From positions 18,476,001-18,540,000 of the forward strand of contig NC_043020.1 in the NCBI RefSeq assembly GCF_006345805.1: DNA of 64,000 nucleotides. The letters run 5' to 3'. Shown here in pieces: positions 1-12,754 of this stretch. Made by a program: the position numbers and the translations under genes. Below the pieces are notes generated by a model. The model was not told the origin of the DNA and searched no databases. It saw only the letters and a program-made list of their open reading frames with translations. How positions within the stretch are numbered: the first letter of the stretch is position 1; each line of letters starts with the position of its first letter. The stretch comes from Octopus sinensis. Lineage: Eukaryota.

Positions 1-1000
1 CCACTATGTAGCATTGCTGCTTGTACACAAGCATCATACAATCTGCCTTTCTCTCTGAGAGTGAGACCTTTTGTTATCAACTGAGGCAATAGCTCTCTGA
101 ACTTTCTCCATCCGGTTCTTACTCTGTTGACTCTACTTTCAGAACATCCTCCCCCACTGATATTTAGGTTACCTACTTAACAGAAACTAATCTTTTATCT
201 CCAGGGAACCTCTTGAGAAACTGTATTTCCTATGTATTCTTAGTATTTATTGCGTCTGCTTATCTTCTACATATAAAGTCTATTTTTCTCTGTTAATCCT
301 CCTGTGATTCCACTGCACCTCTTGTGTGTCTATAGTTTGCACTGGGTTGACCATATGGAATTTCTACTTACACCTTACATATTGAGCAGGGTTTTTTCCT
401 GATGGGAATGGACTCCTCTCTATTTTCCTGCTTATTAGAACTTTCTTTACTAAATTAATTTTAATTCCAGGTTTTGCTTCCGCACCTGAAATTTCTTTTC
501 TGGTTCTACTACAAGTTCCACAATAAGAATGAAGTCATCTGCATGTAGTAGTTCCCAAGGGGAACTGGTCTTAAATACCTCTGTTATGGCTTTGAGGACC
601 ACAATGAAATGAAGGGGAATGAGTACCAAACCTTGGTAAACTCATTACTGTACTTATTAATCCTCACCTGGCTGACAACTTCTTCGTACCTGGCTTGTAT
701 GGCTCTAACAAGCCATTTATCTGCTCCTAGCTTCTTTGGCAACCACCAGATCACAGAGTAAGGGACCCTATCGAAGGCTTTCTTTAGGTCAATGAATGCT
801 AATTATAGCAGTTAATTTTAGCTAAATACCTCTCCTGCATGCCTTACTAGGAAGAAAGTATTGGTAGTGCTTCTCTCTGGCACATAAGCAAACTGCATCT
901 CATCTAAGCTGATTCTTTTCCTAATTTATTGAGCTATAACTTTCATGACCTAGTCCAGCAATTTGATACCTATGTAATTACCTCTCTGTCAAAATTCTCC
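1..1000 (-). mobile_element. Degenerate RTE-clade LINE fragment (RT region), runs off left edge
   Basis: Bases 1-210 align by eye with the RTE copy at about 37858-38070. The minus strand at about 530-800 gives decayed motifs (VLKAITEVFKTSSPWELLHADDFILI, DLKKAFDRVP) matching the 37467-38879 element; many stops and indels. Confidence 0.75.
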
Positions 1001-4000
1001 TTTAGTCTGTGTGTTTTAACTAGTGATGCATGACTAACATTTTTTATATCAACCTACTTGTGACTACTCTTGGTCCTGTCATACAAATTTCCTGTTTAAA
1101 GTGATTTAAACTAAAACCTACTTTCAAAACTTCATATTAATTTATATTCCAAACACTAGCTCAATAACAACAAAGTTATTTTGCTAAATTCTTTATTATT
1201 TCTAAGATTAATTGAAACAAATGCATCTCAATATAAATTTGGTATCAAGAGTTAAAATTTCAGATGCTGATGTCTGTAGCATATTTTTTGAAGATTAGTG
1301 TGTGTGTGTGTGTGTGTGTGTGCATTGTGCAGTCATGCATGCATATCTCTCTTAGTGGAAACCTGTACATGAAACAAAATATATTTATTATGGACTTGAA
1401 ATAGATTGTCTGAAAAGCTATCAGATATCAGACACACCATGTTTGTTACAGTTTTTGCTCAAGTTCAGGCCTATATTCATTTTCCTTTTTTCCTTTTTCC
1501 TGGGTTTTATTGTCTGACCCGATATTCCAATATTTTATCTGTAGAATTTTTCAAGCATCTCATAAATGATTAAATTAGGTTTCCTGCTTTTTCTTTATCA
1601 CTTTATGCTTTGTACTGTTAATGCTCTTAATATGTAGGTTATATCTATTTTAAACTATGCTTGGTCATGAAAAATAGATATGATTAAAAACAAACAAAAT
1701 TGAAGGAAAATATGTAGAAACAGCATAAATGAGAACAAAATATATTCTTTGATATTTAACCATTTATATTGAATCTCAGTAATATTTGTTTTCTCTTTCC
1801 ATTGATGTTTTTGGGAAGATTAAACCGTTTCAGATTCTGGAATAGTTTTAATGTATAATGAGTACAAAACCATTTAAGTTAAATTAGTAAGCACAGAAGA
1901 CTTTTTCAAACTATCACCTACTTTTTGGTTCTTCAGTACTCCTTTCTTCCTTGTTTTGATTGGATCACGCAACACTTTAGATTAGAATGGTTTCTAACAT
2001 TGATACAAAATCAGAAATCTAACGGACCAGTTGATTAGTCTAGTACTTGGTTGGTCCTGTATTTTATTGATCTCTCAAGGATAAAAAGTTGAGACCTTGG
2101 TGGGATTTAAACTCAAGAATGTAAAGAGCAGGAACAAATAATATCACAAGGCATTTTGTCCCACTCTATGGCAATTCTGCCAATCCATGACACAAAGCCA
2201 CACACTTTGGAGAAAAGAATATTTGTTTAAATTGATCCTCATGACAGCACTGGTACTTATTTTTTATTGATCTCAGAAAGCTATAAGACAAAGTTAGCTC
2301 TGGCTGCATTTGAACTCTGAATATCAAGAGATGCCCTCAAAAACTGCAAAGCTTACAATTCTGCCACATTTATAGAATACCAAGTGAAGTTGTTTCCATA
2401 GCATTTTTGCTATTTGTATAACTCTGTTTTTTCTTCCCATCTTTTCTACTCCTCTCTGTCCTGGGCTTTCTTTATGAATCTGCACCCCAGAATGAAATTA
2501 AATGTTGGAATAACTTCAATTCAGATGTTTCACTGGACTTTGTAATAATCCTGGTGGGACCTGGGTGCTTTTGGTTCTCAGGGGTTTGACAGGTTTTGTA
2601 TTTTTGTTTAATCCTGTTTGATGCCCACATACCCCACTCACTGGGCAAACCCAGTAGGAAGCCAGTTCTGACACCAACTGACCACCCAACCATGAGCAGG
2701 TAGTCTTAGATTACATGGTTAACAGCAGCTTGATTCTGTAATATAATAAATACAATTAATTTCAATATCTAAGGCACAATAGGGCACTCTGGATGTAATG
2801 GGTTGATGGCAAGTCATTTTCTTGGGTCTGTCTTTCAGCAAGTAAAGGTACCGCCAGTTCTTACAATTTTCAGAACACCTGTTACACAGAACTCCTACAT
2901 CGTGCTTCAGTAAGTTCTAATATTCTATTTAGCTATTTACAGCCAGTTCAACTGAATTATTGAAGAGTTAATTGTCTTGGCCATGTGCACAGTAAACAGC
3001 AGAGTGCCAGTTGAAGAATGATTATAAACCACAAACCTTTTAGTTGGCAGCCTGATATTCTTGCAAATACAACCAGCTGCAGTTAATTATGACATGAAAC
3101 ACTCTTAACAACATTGTATTGTAAAATAGATGTTGTACAACCCTGACAACTGAATTGATAAATTTTGTACTGATCAATAGCTATTTCAGACAAATCTATT
3201 GACAGCATTTTGGTCACTTATTCCCTAAAGAATAGTGATAGATATGAAATATCTTTTATCTTTGTATAATGTACCTATCTATTATGTATGTCTATGTGTG
3301 TGTGTATGATTTATTTATCAATAATATATACTCACAGCACATCAAAATATATATGGAAATGAGCCAACAAGATAGCCTGGACATAGTTACTCAGTCTACT
3401 AGTAATAGTAGCCAAATTTTTTTCTAAATCAATCTTATTCTAAGAAATGAAAGGTGAAGGCATGGGTGTATGGTTAAGTTTGCTTCGCAACCATGTAGTT
3501 TCAGGTTCAGTCTCACTGCATGGTGCCTTGGGCAAGTGTCTTGTGATGATTGAATTTGATAGATGTGAACTGAATGAAACCCATCAAGTGTGTGTGTATA
3601 CATGTGTGTGCATCTTCTAAATAAATGGCAATTTCTTTCTGTCTGTTACCATCTTACTACCTAAACCAGTAAACCAGTATTCACCAGACTGCATACATGT
3701 TATACTAACATTCAGTTCAATAATAGGCTAATTCGATTTCAATAAAAATCTATGTGCCCCCCAGTGGGGTTGGGTGAATTATATGATAAAATGAGAAGGG
3801 TGCAAAAAGTATTAGTCAGAGGGAAACGTAGTAGCAGAGTGAGTGTGATTGATATCAGGGAAGGTGAGTACAGCATTCTGTCAGCAACAAATATGGAATG
3901 CAAAGGTATGGTAATGTTTATATAGCTGTCATATACACACGATACTGCATACTTTCATAAGTACATAGATACACATATACAACTTTTAAAATGCCAATGA

Positions 4001-4076
4001 TGGGAGAGAAAGGTGGGTGTGAGGAATACATACCTTTAAGGAGAGAGAGGGTAGGTGGCTTTTCTACATACATACA

Positions 4077-4149
<73 letters not shown>

Positions 4150-4791
4150 TATATATATACATACATACATACATATGTCTACACCATTTTCATCTTGTGA
4201 TTACCTGTGTGTGTGTGGCATCCTATAATTGTCTGTCTCTCTACTTTCGTAGGGTCTTTCCTGTTGCTGTCATATAGTGTGAGATTTTAAAATTACATCA
4301 AAATTTTCAAATTTGCCATATTCAAATAACTTTCCACATTAAATCTGATTTTGCTATTTATTTGTTCCAGAAAAATTGCAGAAAAATGTTACTGTGCTTT
4401 AAAGTTTATTCAGTTTTACCTAATGAGAGAACAGTATATGGAAGCTGGCATTTTCTGGCATGATAGCTGTCTATCACAAAAGGAAAGCAAAATCATTATG
4501 AGGAGGAATTTTTATTAAACAAATGAAAGCAAAGCATTATGATGACCAAAGTTGTAAGAGCTTCTCAAGTTTTAATAAGTTTCAATGAATAAAGTCATGT
4601 GAAACAGTCGAACAGACATGTTAATAATTTAAAAAGGAAAAAAAATCCTCAAAAGTTTTTTGCACAAAATTGCACAAATGTCTCTTGATCAAGAGGCCTA
4701 TTTGTCAGAGAAAGCAACCTCTGACATGGAATAAACAAAACTATATGACATTCTACTGTAAAAATTGCCTGGCAACGATGGGCTATTCAGC

Positions 4792-4843
<52 letters not shown>

Positions 4844-4933
4844 GTTCGTGTGTGTGTGTGTGTGTGTGTGTATATATTCATGTGTGTGTATATATATATA
4901 TATATTCATGTGTATGTATGTATATATATGTGT

Positions 4934-5298
4934 CGCAGGAGTGGCTGTGTGACAAGTAGCTTGCCTACCAACTAACATGGTTCCAGGTTCAGTCCCACTG
5001 TGTGGCAACTTGGGCAAGTGTCTTCTGTAGCCTCAGGCCAGCCAAAGCCTTGTCACTGGATTTGGTAGACGGAAACTGAAAGAAGCTTGTCATATATATG
5101 TGTGTGTGTTTGTGACCCCACCATCGCGTGACAACTGATGTTGGTGTGTTTACATCCCCCGTAACTTAGTGGTTTGGTAAAAGAGACTGATAGAATAAGT
5201 ACTAGGCCTACAAAGAACAAGTCCCAGGGTTGGTTTGTTCAACTAAAAGGCGGTGCTCCAGCATGGCCACAGTCAAATGACTGAAACAAATAAAAGAA
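4934..5298 (+). mobile_element. tRNA-derived SINE, family 1 (octopus-type, internal (TA)/(TG) tract)
   Basis: Head GGAGTGGCTGTGTG..GGTTCAGTCCCACTG (pol III A/B box-like), body GGCAAGTGTCTTCT...GGAAACTGAAAGAAGC, tail CAGCATGGCCACAGTCAAATGACTGAAAC. More than 10 copies in the window. Confidence 0.85.
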
Positions 5299-5299
5299 A

Positions 5300-5352
<53 letters not shown>

Positions 5353-5364
5353 GTATAAGGATGT

Positions 5365-5577
5365 TTAATCCCCTTTTGCATTTAAACTGGCCATATCCTG
5401 CCAAAATACTCTATGTTCAAACTGGCCAGACTTCTCATACTTACTGTGCAATGTCATTCTAAAAATAAACAATCTCATCAAAATCTCAAAGCTACAGGAT
5501 AGTGCATGATTAATTGAAAACAGTGTGAATGAATAAACATTACATTTGACAGAGTAATCTGAGTGCTGAAGTGTTAA
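5365..5577. mobile_element. piggyBac-like MITE (TTAA-CCCTTT...AAAGGG-TTAA family), decayed copy
   Basis: Homologous to 9539-9765; TTAA at both ends. Confidence 0.6.
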
Positions 5578-6599
5578 ACAAAAATAGATTGACACCAAGT
5601 AAGTGCCCTTATTAGTTCTAAATCTTAAAATCTAATTTCTCATCGGAGTAGGTATTCTAGAAGCAAATGAGTTGACTAGAAGAAAGAAAAAAATTTGAGT
5701 GAATATCAATAGAGAGGGACAAACAATCGTAGGAGTATGAATATATTTACTTAAGTTTTTACAAATTGTTACAAGATATGACATCTTTACAGCTGTTTCG
5801 ATGCATCCTATAAATTGTAGATATTCTCTTGCATCTTATGCAATTAGGTGTAACAAAAGCATTGAAGGAGTTATATCAATAAGCATAAGCCATGATACAT
5901 AAGTATATTCATATTTCTATATACAAAGTGTCCTTTTCAGAAGTTTAGGTGGCAAATCCATTTGCCACCTACCCCTCTGAAGATGATGTACTGTATATAG
6001 ATGTCTGAAGATAATTTACGTATTATGGCTGATATGTATGAATTTTATTTTATGTCTCCATGCATACATATGCATATTTGTGTTACCTTGTTTTGACATC
6101 AAACGCTAACTATAAACAAATGTCATCATCATACAAGCAGTGTTGTTTGATTGCAATTGTAATGATCTTGACTGAAGGATTAGGGGAAGGATTAAGTTGT
6201 TTGGAAATAGGTGTGAGTTGACATCAGGAAGAGCATTTGACTGTAGAAACTCTGCCTGATTAAATTTTGCCTGTGGAAAAATGGATATTAAGATGATAAT
6301 GATGATAGTATGGAATTATTGTCATTGGTTATTGATGTCCTTATTTTTGTTGTTGCTGTTTTGGTAATGTTGTTCTTCAGTTTTGTGTTCACCTTGATTG
6401 AGCAGAATTATGATGAAAGGCATTCTAACCATGTCTGTACCATTTCAGGTTTTCAGATATGGTGTACTTTGGAGTATATTGTCCAATTTTTCAATTTATT
6501 TATGTGCCCTTTTCAAGCCTAGCCAGGCTCATGGGCCTGGATTCTGTGGCGTATGTGTTCCCCCCCAGCTGGACGAGATGTCAGTCCATCACAGCGTTA

Positions 6600-6800
6600 C
6601 TCAAGAAACAGGAAGAAAGAGTGAGAGAAAGTTGGGGCAAAAGAGTACAACAGGTGTCACCACTACCCACTGCTGGAGCCTCGTGGAGCTTTAGGTGTTT
6701 TCGCTCAATAAACACACACAACACCTGGTCTGGCAATCGAAACTGCAATCCTCTGACCACGAATCCGCTGCCCTAACTACTGGGCCATTGCACCTCCACG
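6600..6800 (-). mobile_element. tRNA-derived SINE, family 3, decayed copy
   Basis: Reverse complement resembles the 26793-26970 element (GAGCGAAAACACCTAAAGCTCCACGAGGCTCC). Confidence 0.65.
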
Positions 6801-6921
6801 TTGTCCAATGTATAGTCTCTTTTTGTTTTTAAAGATAATTGGGTGTGTTTTGAGTGTTAGGGTTAGCAGATGTTTCTAGTGGGATGACCAGGCATGTGAA
6901 GCTTCTTTGGTGTCCTTTCTT

Positions 6922-7146
6922 TTAAACCCTTTAGCATTGAAACCGGCCATATCCGGCTAAATATTCTACTTGTTTTATGTTTAAACAGGCCACATCTGGT
7001 CTCTCACACCTACCCTACAATGTCATTTTAAAATAAATAATTACATCATTGAAATCTCAAAGCTATGAGGTAAGCCATGATTAATTCAAAACAATGTGAA
7101 TAAATAAGAATTAATAATGGCACAGTAATCTGAATACTAGTGTTAA
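6922..7146. mobile_element. piggyBac-like MITE, same family as 9539-9765
   Basis: AACCCTTTAGCATTGAAACCGGCCATATCCGGC...CTCTCACACCTACCCTACAATGTCA...GTTAA. Confidence 0.65.
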
Positions 7147-9538
7147 AATAGGTTATGGTTTGAGGGATGTATGGCTGCTATTTCTAGCAGGTTGAGTGGC
7201 CCTGTTAGCTTGACTTTTGTAACACAGCAAAAGACAAAATAATGAAGTGATCCGACATTCAGATATTAGTCACTTCTGCTCTCCTCTAACACTAGGCTAC
7301 ATTGAATAAGCCAAAGACAAAACCTTTACATGCAAGAAATGGCAGCCAAATCTCACTCAAATCACACCATATGATATGTAGTCTTTCATACAATATGTCT
7401 GGAAAAAATGGACAGGCTGATTATAGCTAGAATACTTTTGATTATGAATTTGCTTAATATTGGCTGACCTGGGCTAACTAACAATACTGAACAACATTAT
7501 GAGCTAACAGGGGAACCTCTTCCAAGTATTTCAACTTGCTAGAAATAGCCCACATTTTTCTGAAATTACACCCTAGTTGCTTAAATAATGAAGCCTATTT
7601 TGGACAAGATAGTCTTCTATATACAAAAAAAAGAGGGATGGTTATGGTTGGAACACCTTTGACCAATTGGGGCTAATCTGATTCAGCAACACTCCACTTT
7701 GTTAATATCAAGTTAATATCAAGTTCCTTCTATCATTTTTACTTTTTTTCTATCCTTGTTCTATATGTATCTGTGTCTCTTCATAGCTGTCTGTCTCTCA
7801 GTCTCAATCTGTTAATTGAGTTGTCTGTGTCTTGATCTATTCTTGTAGCTGTTGATCTACCTGTACCTCTATTTGTCTATCAGTCCAGCTCTCTGTCTAT
7901 CTGTCTCATGCATTATCTATATTTCCTTCTCTCTCTCTCTCTCTTTCTTTCACTGAACCTGTTTCCTTATTCAGTCTTGGGGTGAAAAATCTCCACCCAA
8001 CCTTCACTTAATGAAGAGATGTAACTGGAAACACAGGTGTAAATCAAACGCCAAGTGGAGGTATTCACTCTCTCTCCTATTCCTCCTCTCTCATATTTTA
8101 TGCAAAGACACTTCACTCTTTTTCTCACAAATATGACTGTCTCTCCCCTAAAACTTTCTCTCCCTTGTTTCTCTTACAAAAATAGCAGTTATGCTTATAC
8201 CTATACATTTATTATGTATCTATGTCTCTTCATAGCTGTCTGTCTATCAGTCTCAATCTGTTAATTGAGCTATTTGTGTCTTGATCTATTCTTGTAGCTG
8301 TTGATCTTTCTGTACCTCTATTTGTCTGTCTATGAGAGTATTAACTATATTATTATTCAATTTTGTTAATTAATATTTTTTTGTTTGATTTAATTAACAC
8401 CTATGATATTACATTTAATTTTCAGTGTTTTTTTTTGTTTATTTTGTTTTTTGTTTATTTTTTTTTTACCAAATTGCTAAACTTCTCAATCAATTCTATT
8501 GCTCAAAGTTCTCTTGAAATGCAATTTGTTTCCCTTTCACTGAAAATAAATTAACTGTAATTTCTGAGTGACAACAGAAAGAGCAGCCAAAATTTTCTCA
8601 ACTTGCACCATACTGTCTTAGACAAGGAAAGGGGACCTCAGATCATATGGCCCTAGACACATCTAAAACGATGGGATGGTCACAGCTGGAGTGCCTTTGA
8701 TCATAGGTCTGCTCAATCAGGGCTGGTCTTGGACTAAGCATAGTAGTCACAGCAATAATGAAATATTCTTTGAGCTGGCCTATAAAGCTTCTTTTGTCTT
8801 CTCTCTGTTGGTGTTTTTGGTGTGGAGAAATAAAAAAATTTGTTCAAAGTGTTGTGTCTGTGTCTACCATGCCTGTTGCAGTGACTTTCCTACAATTCTC
8901 CTCAGATTAAACAGTACCATTCTGCTGGACATTGCTGTATCGGATGACTGAATTTTCTAGCATTGCTTGCTTTGCTGCCACGCTAACTGATGGAACCGAC
9001 TCGGACACGGTAAGATTCACTCTCTCCACTCCTTAATAAAAATAAAATTAAAAAAAAAAAGAAATTAAACATAGATATTCACCCACCCACTTGAAGTACA
9101 AGTGTACAGAAGGATGTTTTTTTTCTTCTTTTTTCATGCAGTGTTTGTACAAATATGTATTTGATTTTGAGCTAAATATATTTTCATTATTGACTAACTT
9201 TATTGTATAACTTCGGTTTATCTTACTGGTGACTTCTGAAGTGCTGTTTGTCAGATCTTTCACAGTAGCTTTGTCATGTAAGATATGTCTTTGTGTACTC
9301 TATCTAGAGCAAGTCAGTACATGTAGTAGGTCAGCCAAGTTGATATTTTTTACTACTGGTCAATCAGTTGAGAGCTGGTCAGTTTGATTGTTTCTATCTT
9401 GTCACCAGTGGTTTCTGTTTGTATTCAGTATGTGGTCAAAACACCTTGAATTAACAACTCAGTCTCTACTTGTAAACAGTACTTTGGATTAAGAAGTGTT
9501 GAGCTTTGTGAGGATGTGCTTTGTCAAGGTTACTTGCC

Positions 9539-9765
9539 TTAACCCTTTAATGTTTAAATCGGCTGTATCCGGCCCAAATATTCTACACATTTTATGCTCA
9601 AACTGGCCAGAACATGCATCTCACACCTACCCTGCAATGTCACTCTAAAAATAAGCAATTACATCTTTCCTATCTTGAAGGTACAAAATAATATCAGATA
9701 AATTTTTTAAATGTGAATATATAAGGATTACTTTTGACAAATTAATCTGAACGCTAAAGGGTTAA
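9539..9765. mobile_element. piggyBac-like MITE
   Basis: TTAA|CCCTTTA at the left end and TAAAGGG|TTAA at the right end (short TIRs, TTAA target site). Related partial copies at about 46620-46803 and 54020-54165. Confidence 0.7.
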
Positions 9766-10437
9766 ACAATCCTGTGTAAAGATGTAGTTAGCAGTGTCCT
9801 TACAAACCAAGTGGATTATAGAGCTCTTTATAATTTAGAGCAGTCACAAGTAAACTGTGGCCTGAGGAACTTTCTGAATGGCGCACCTGATGAAGAATAA
9901 TGTTGAGGTTTTTTAGTAGTGTGGCCCACCTGAAGATGAGCCAAATCTCATGCAGCTTGCTTCTCATAAAAGATTACCTGACTAGAGCTAGTTAACCTGG
10001 CAGAATCTACCATTCTCTCCCTTCCCCTCCCTCCCTCTCTGTCTAGCTCTCTTCCTTCCCTCCTCTGTCTGTCTCTCTTCCTTGCTCCTCTCTCTAAGAG
10101 AGAATTCAAATTCAGTACTGCCAAGAAATGAATCACCAGTTATACATTGCTGTGTTGTATCTTCTTCAGTTTTCTATCAAAATCCACTAAGACTTCACCA
10201 ATAGCTTTGGTATATCTTGGTTATGGCCACAAAGTAGTACTGATCATAGGAGGGCAAGTTGTTGGTTCTTGAGCAAGGAAACTGGCAGCCAGTTAACTTC
10301 AGTCCATGGTAAATCTTAGTTCCAAGACAATAGATTAATGTTTATATGTTATGTATAAGACCCAAGTCTTGGGTTCATATTTTTTAGTCTTGCTAGTTTT
10401 TTTTTTTTGTTTTGTGGAACTGTGATATCATTTAGAG

Positions 10438-10683
10438 TAGTGGTTCTCAACTGGGGTCTATATGGTCCTTGGGGATCCATATAAAAGTTTGTTGTTAAAA
10501 TTTATCTGCAATAAATTAGTTATACTTCTACAATTCACAAAGTATTTAAATTTTTTTTATACAATTCCTAAAAACATTTAATTTTTGAAGTATAATAGGA
10601 TTTTTAAACATGAGGATCCACCAGAGTAAAATAGGGATCAAAGGGGTTTATGGGCAAAAAAAAAAAATGGTTGAGAACCACTG
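10438..10683. mobile_element. hAT-like MITE
   Basis: TIRs (T)AGTGGTTCTCAAC ... GGTTGAGAACCACTG; related copies at 12507-12754, 17005-17865 and about 27811-28390. Confidence 0.75.
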
Positions 10684-11958
10684 ATTTTACTTTCCATTTG
10701 TTACATCCTGACAAAGCACTGAGCAAATTATTGTTGCTATGCAGCAGAATCATAAGTGATGGCTGGATAGTTTGGAAGAGTAACACAAGGATCAAGGTTA
10801 GATCTTAAAGCATCTAATCCACACCCCAACACATACACCTAAGAAACTTTATTTTTTTTCTCAGCAAAGCTTAATGTTTAATGAAAACATCTGGTGCTCA
10901 GTAGCCAACAATTTTAGCCCACGTGTATTGTGTTAGATTAACAGTGATAACCCATGGTTTTGACTTATCCTTCTCCCCTTTAGATCTCTCATTGGCATGA
11001 AGTACATTTGCCTCACAAAACAGTTTGTAGTAGCTAGCAGACATCAGCCTGAAGCTTTTTTTTTTTTTTTTACACATGGATCTCAAGTGCTTAGCCTCAT
11101 TGCACTAGCTATGGGATGGACAAGTTCATTCACTGCCACACAGTACTTCAGGATCTGTAGCAGATGGAAAGGATTGATAAGGATGGGTACTCTGTTATTG
11201 GTGTACTCTGTTATTAGGAGCAGGTGGATAATAGATAAAGGAGCTGCTTAAAAGGATCTGAACTTGTCATATCAAGATGATGTTACTTAGGCAGTAGTTG
11301 TAGTCATTGCCTAACAATGACTACAAAAATACCAGCTTAGTGGCTGTCCCTTTGGAGCAGAGAGCCACAAATAAGAAAACTGCCTAGTCTGTTCTTTTAA
11401 CTGTGGTTCACCAAATGTCCTGTTACTATGGCTCAACAAAAGCGGGAACTACTAATAAGAATAACAGAGTGATGCTTCAAAACACCACCAGACGCAGTTT
11501 TTAATATCCAACAATTGAGATTTTGCTGAAGCCTCAAGAGTCATTGAATCTGAAGATTGCTGAATCCATTTAGGGAGCTAATGCTGACTGTGGGAGATAG
11601 GGAAGAGATAGGCTGGGGGTAAAAGTACAGGGTTATGTGTCCAACATTCACAACTTTCAGTTGTCAATATTGACTTAGCATACCAGTCTATCTGAAAAGG
11701 AAATGTAATTCAAAAGTGCTTGCTCTATAAGGTTTTATAATTTATAAAGCTAGCAACAAGAATATTCACATTGTTAACTCATTTGTTTGCTTCTTCTACA
11801 TTGTTTTTTTAAGTGACAAATAATTTGCTTATAAGTGGTTTGAACCATCTGCGTTTGGCATACGGCATCAACCCACAATGCAATATTTACACACACACAC
11901 ACACACACGTGTAAATAAAATCATACATACATATCTGTGTGTGTACATAATGCATATA

Positions 11959-12009
<51 letters not shown>

Positions 12010-12013
<4 letters not shown>

Positions 12014-12170
12014 AGAGATTACGAAAAAAAAGCAAAAGACGAAGACAGGTGGTATACAAAACAAACAGATGTATTAGTATAACGCTCAGGAATAGAAAAA
12101 GTCTTTTACGTTTCGAGCTACACTCTTCTACAGAAAGGGACACAGAAAACAAGGAGAGAAAAAACATGTA
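12010..12170 (-). mobile_element. Penelope-like element remnant flanked by (TA)n
   Basis: Minus strand TTTCTGTAGAAGAGTGTAGCTCGAAACGTAAAAGAC has the hammerhead-like layout typical of Penelope pseudo-LTR ends; embedded in TA microsatellite. Confidence 0.45.
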
Positions 12171-12506
12171 TATATATATATATATATTTTTTTTTGTGTG
12201 TATGTTAGTGACATGGTTGCAAATGAGCATCTGGCCATTTGAGATCTGTCACAATAAATTCCATCTGACCCATGCAAGCATGGACAAGTGGCTGTTAAAG
12301 GAAGGTGATATAGACTCGCATGTGTGTGCGCACACACAGTCCTGGTGTTTAAGTTGATGCTGTCTCTGAGTCTTTGCCTGCATCAAAATATGTTGCCATC
12401 AACAGCTCTTGCATTGTGAAGAGGCAGAACCCTGTAAATGGTAGATGTTTGTTTGAGCTAATAAAGTAGCTGGGGCACAGACGAAAGTATGTGGCGTTGC
12501 TTAGAC

Positions 12507-12754
12507 CAGTGGTTCTCAACCGGGGTCCATATGGCTCTTTGGGGTCCTCATAAAATTTTGTTAAAATTTATCTGCAATAAATTGCTTATACTTTTACAAT
12601 GCCCAACATTTTTTTTTTTGTAATACAATTTCCAATAATAGTTAATTATAAAAATTCAGAAGGATTTTTTTAAACAGTGAATGGCTAGGAATGTCCATCC
12701 AAATAAAATAGGAATCAGAGGGGTCCATAGGCAAAAAATGGTTATGAACCCCAG
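12507..12754. mobile_element. hAT-like MITE (same family as 10438-10683)
   Basis: CAGTGGTTCTCAACCGGGGTCC ... GGTTATGAACCCCAG. Confidence 0.7.

Noticed and set aside
2472-2693. 73-aa minus-strand ORF as a separate gene
   Set aside because: No recognisable domain, splice partners or coding bias.
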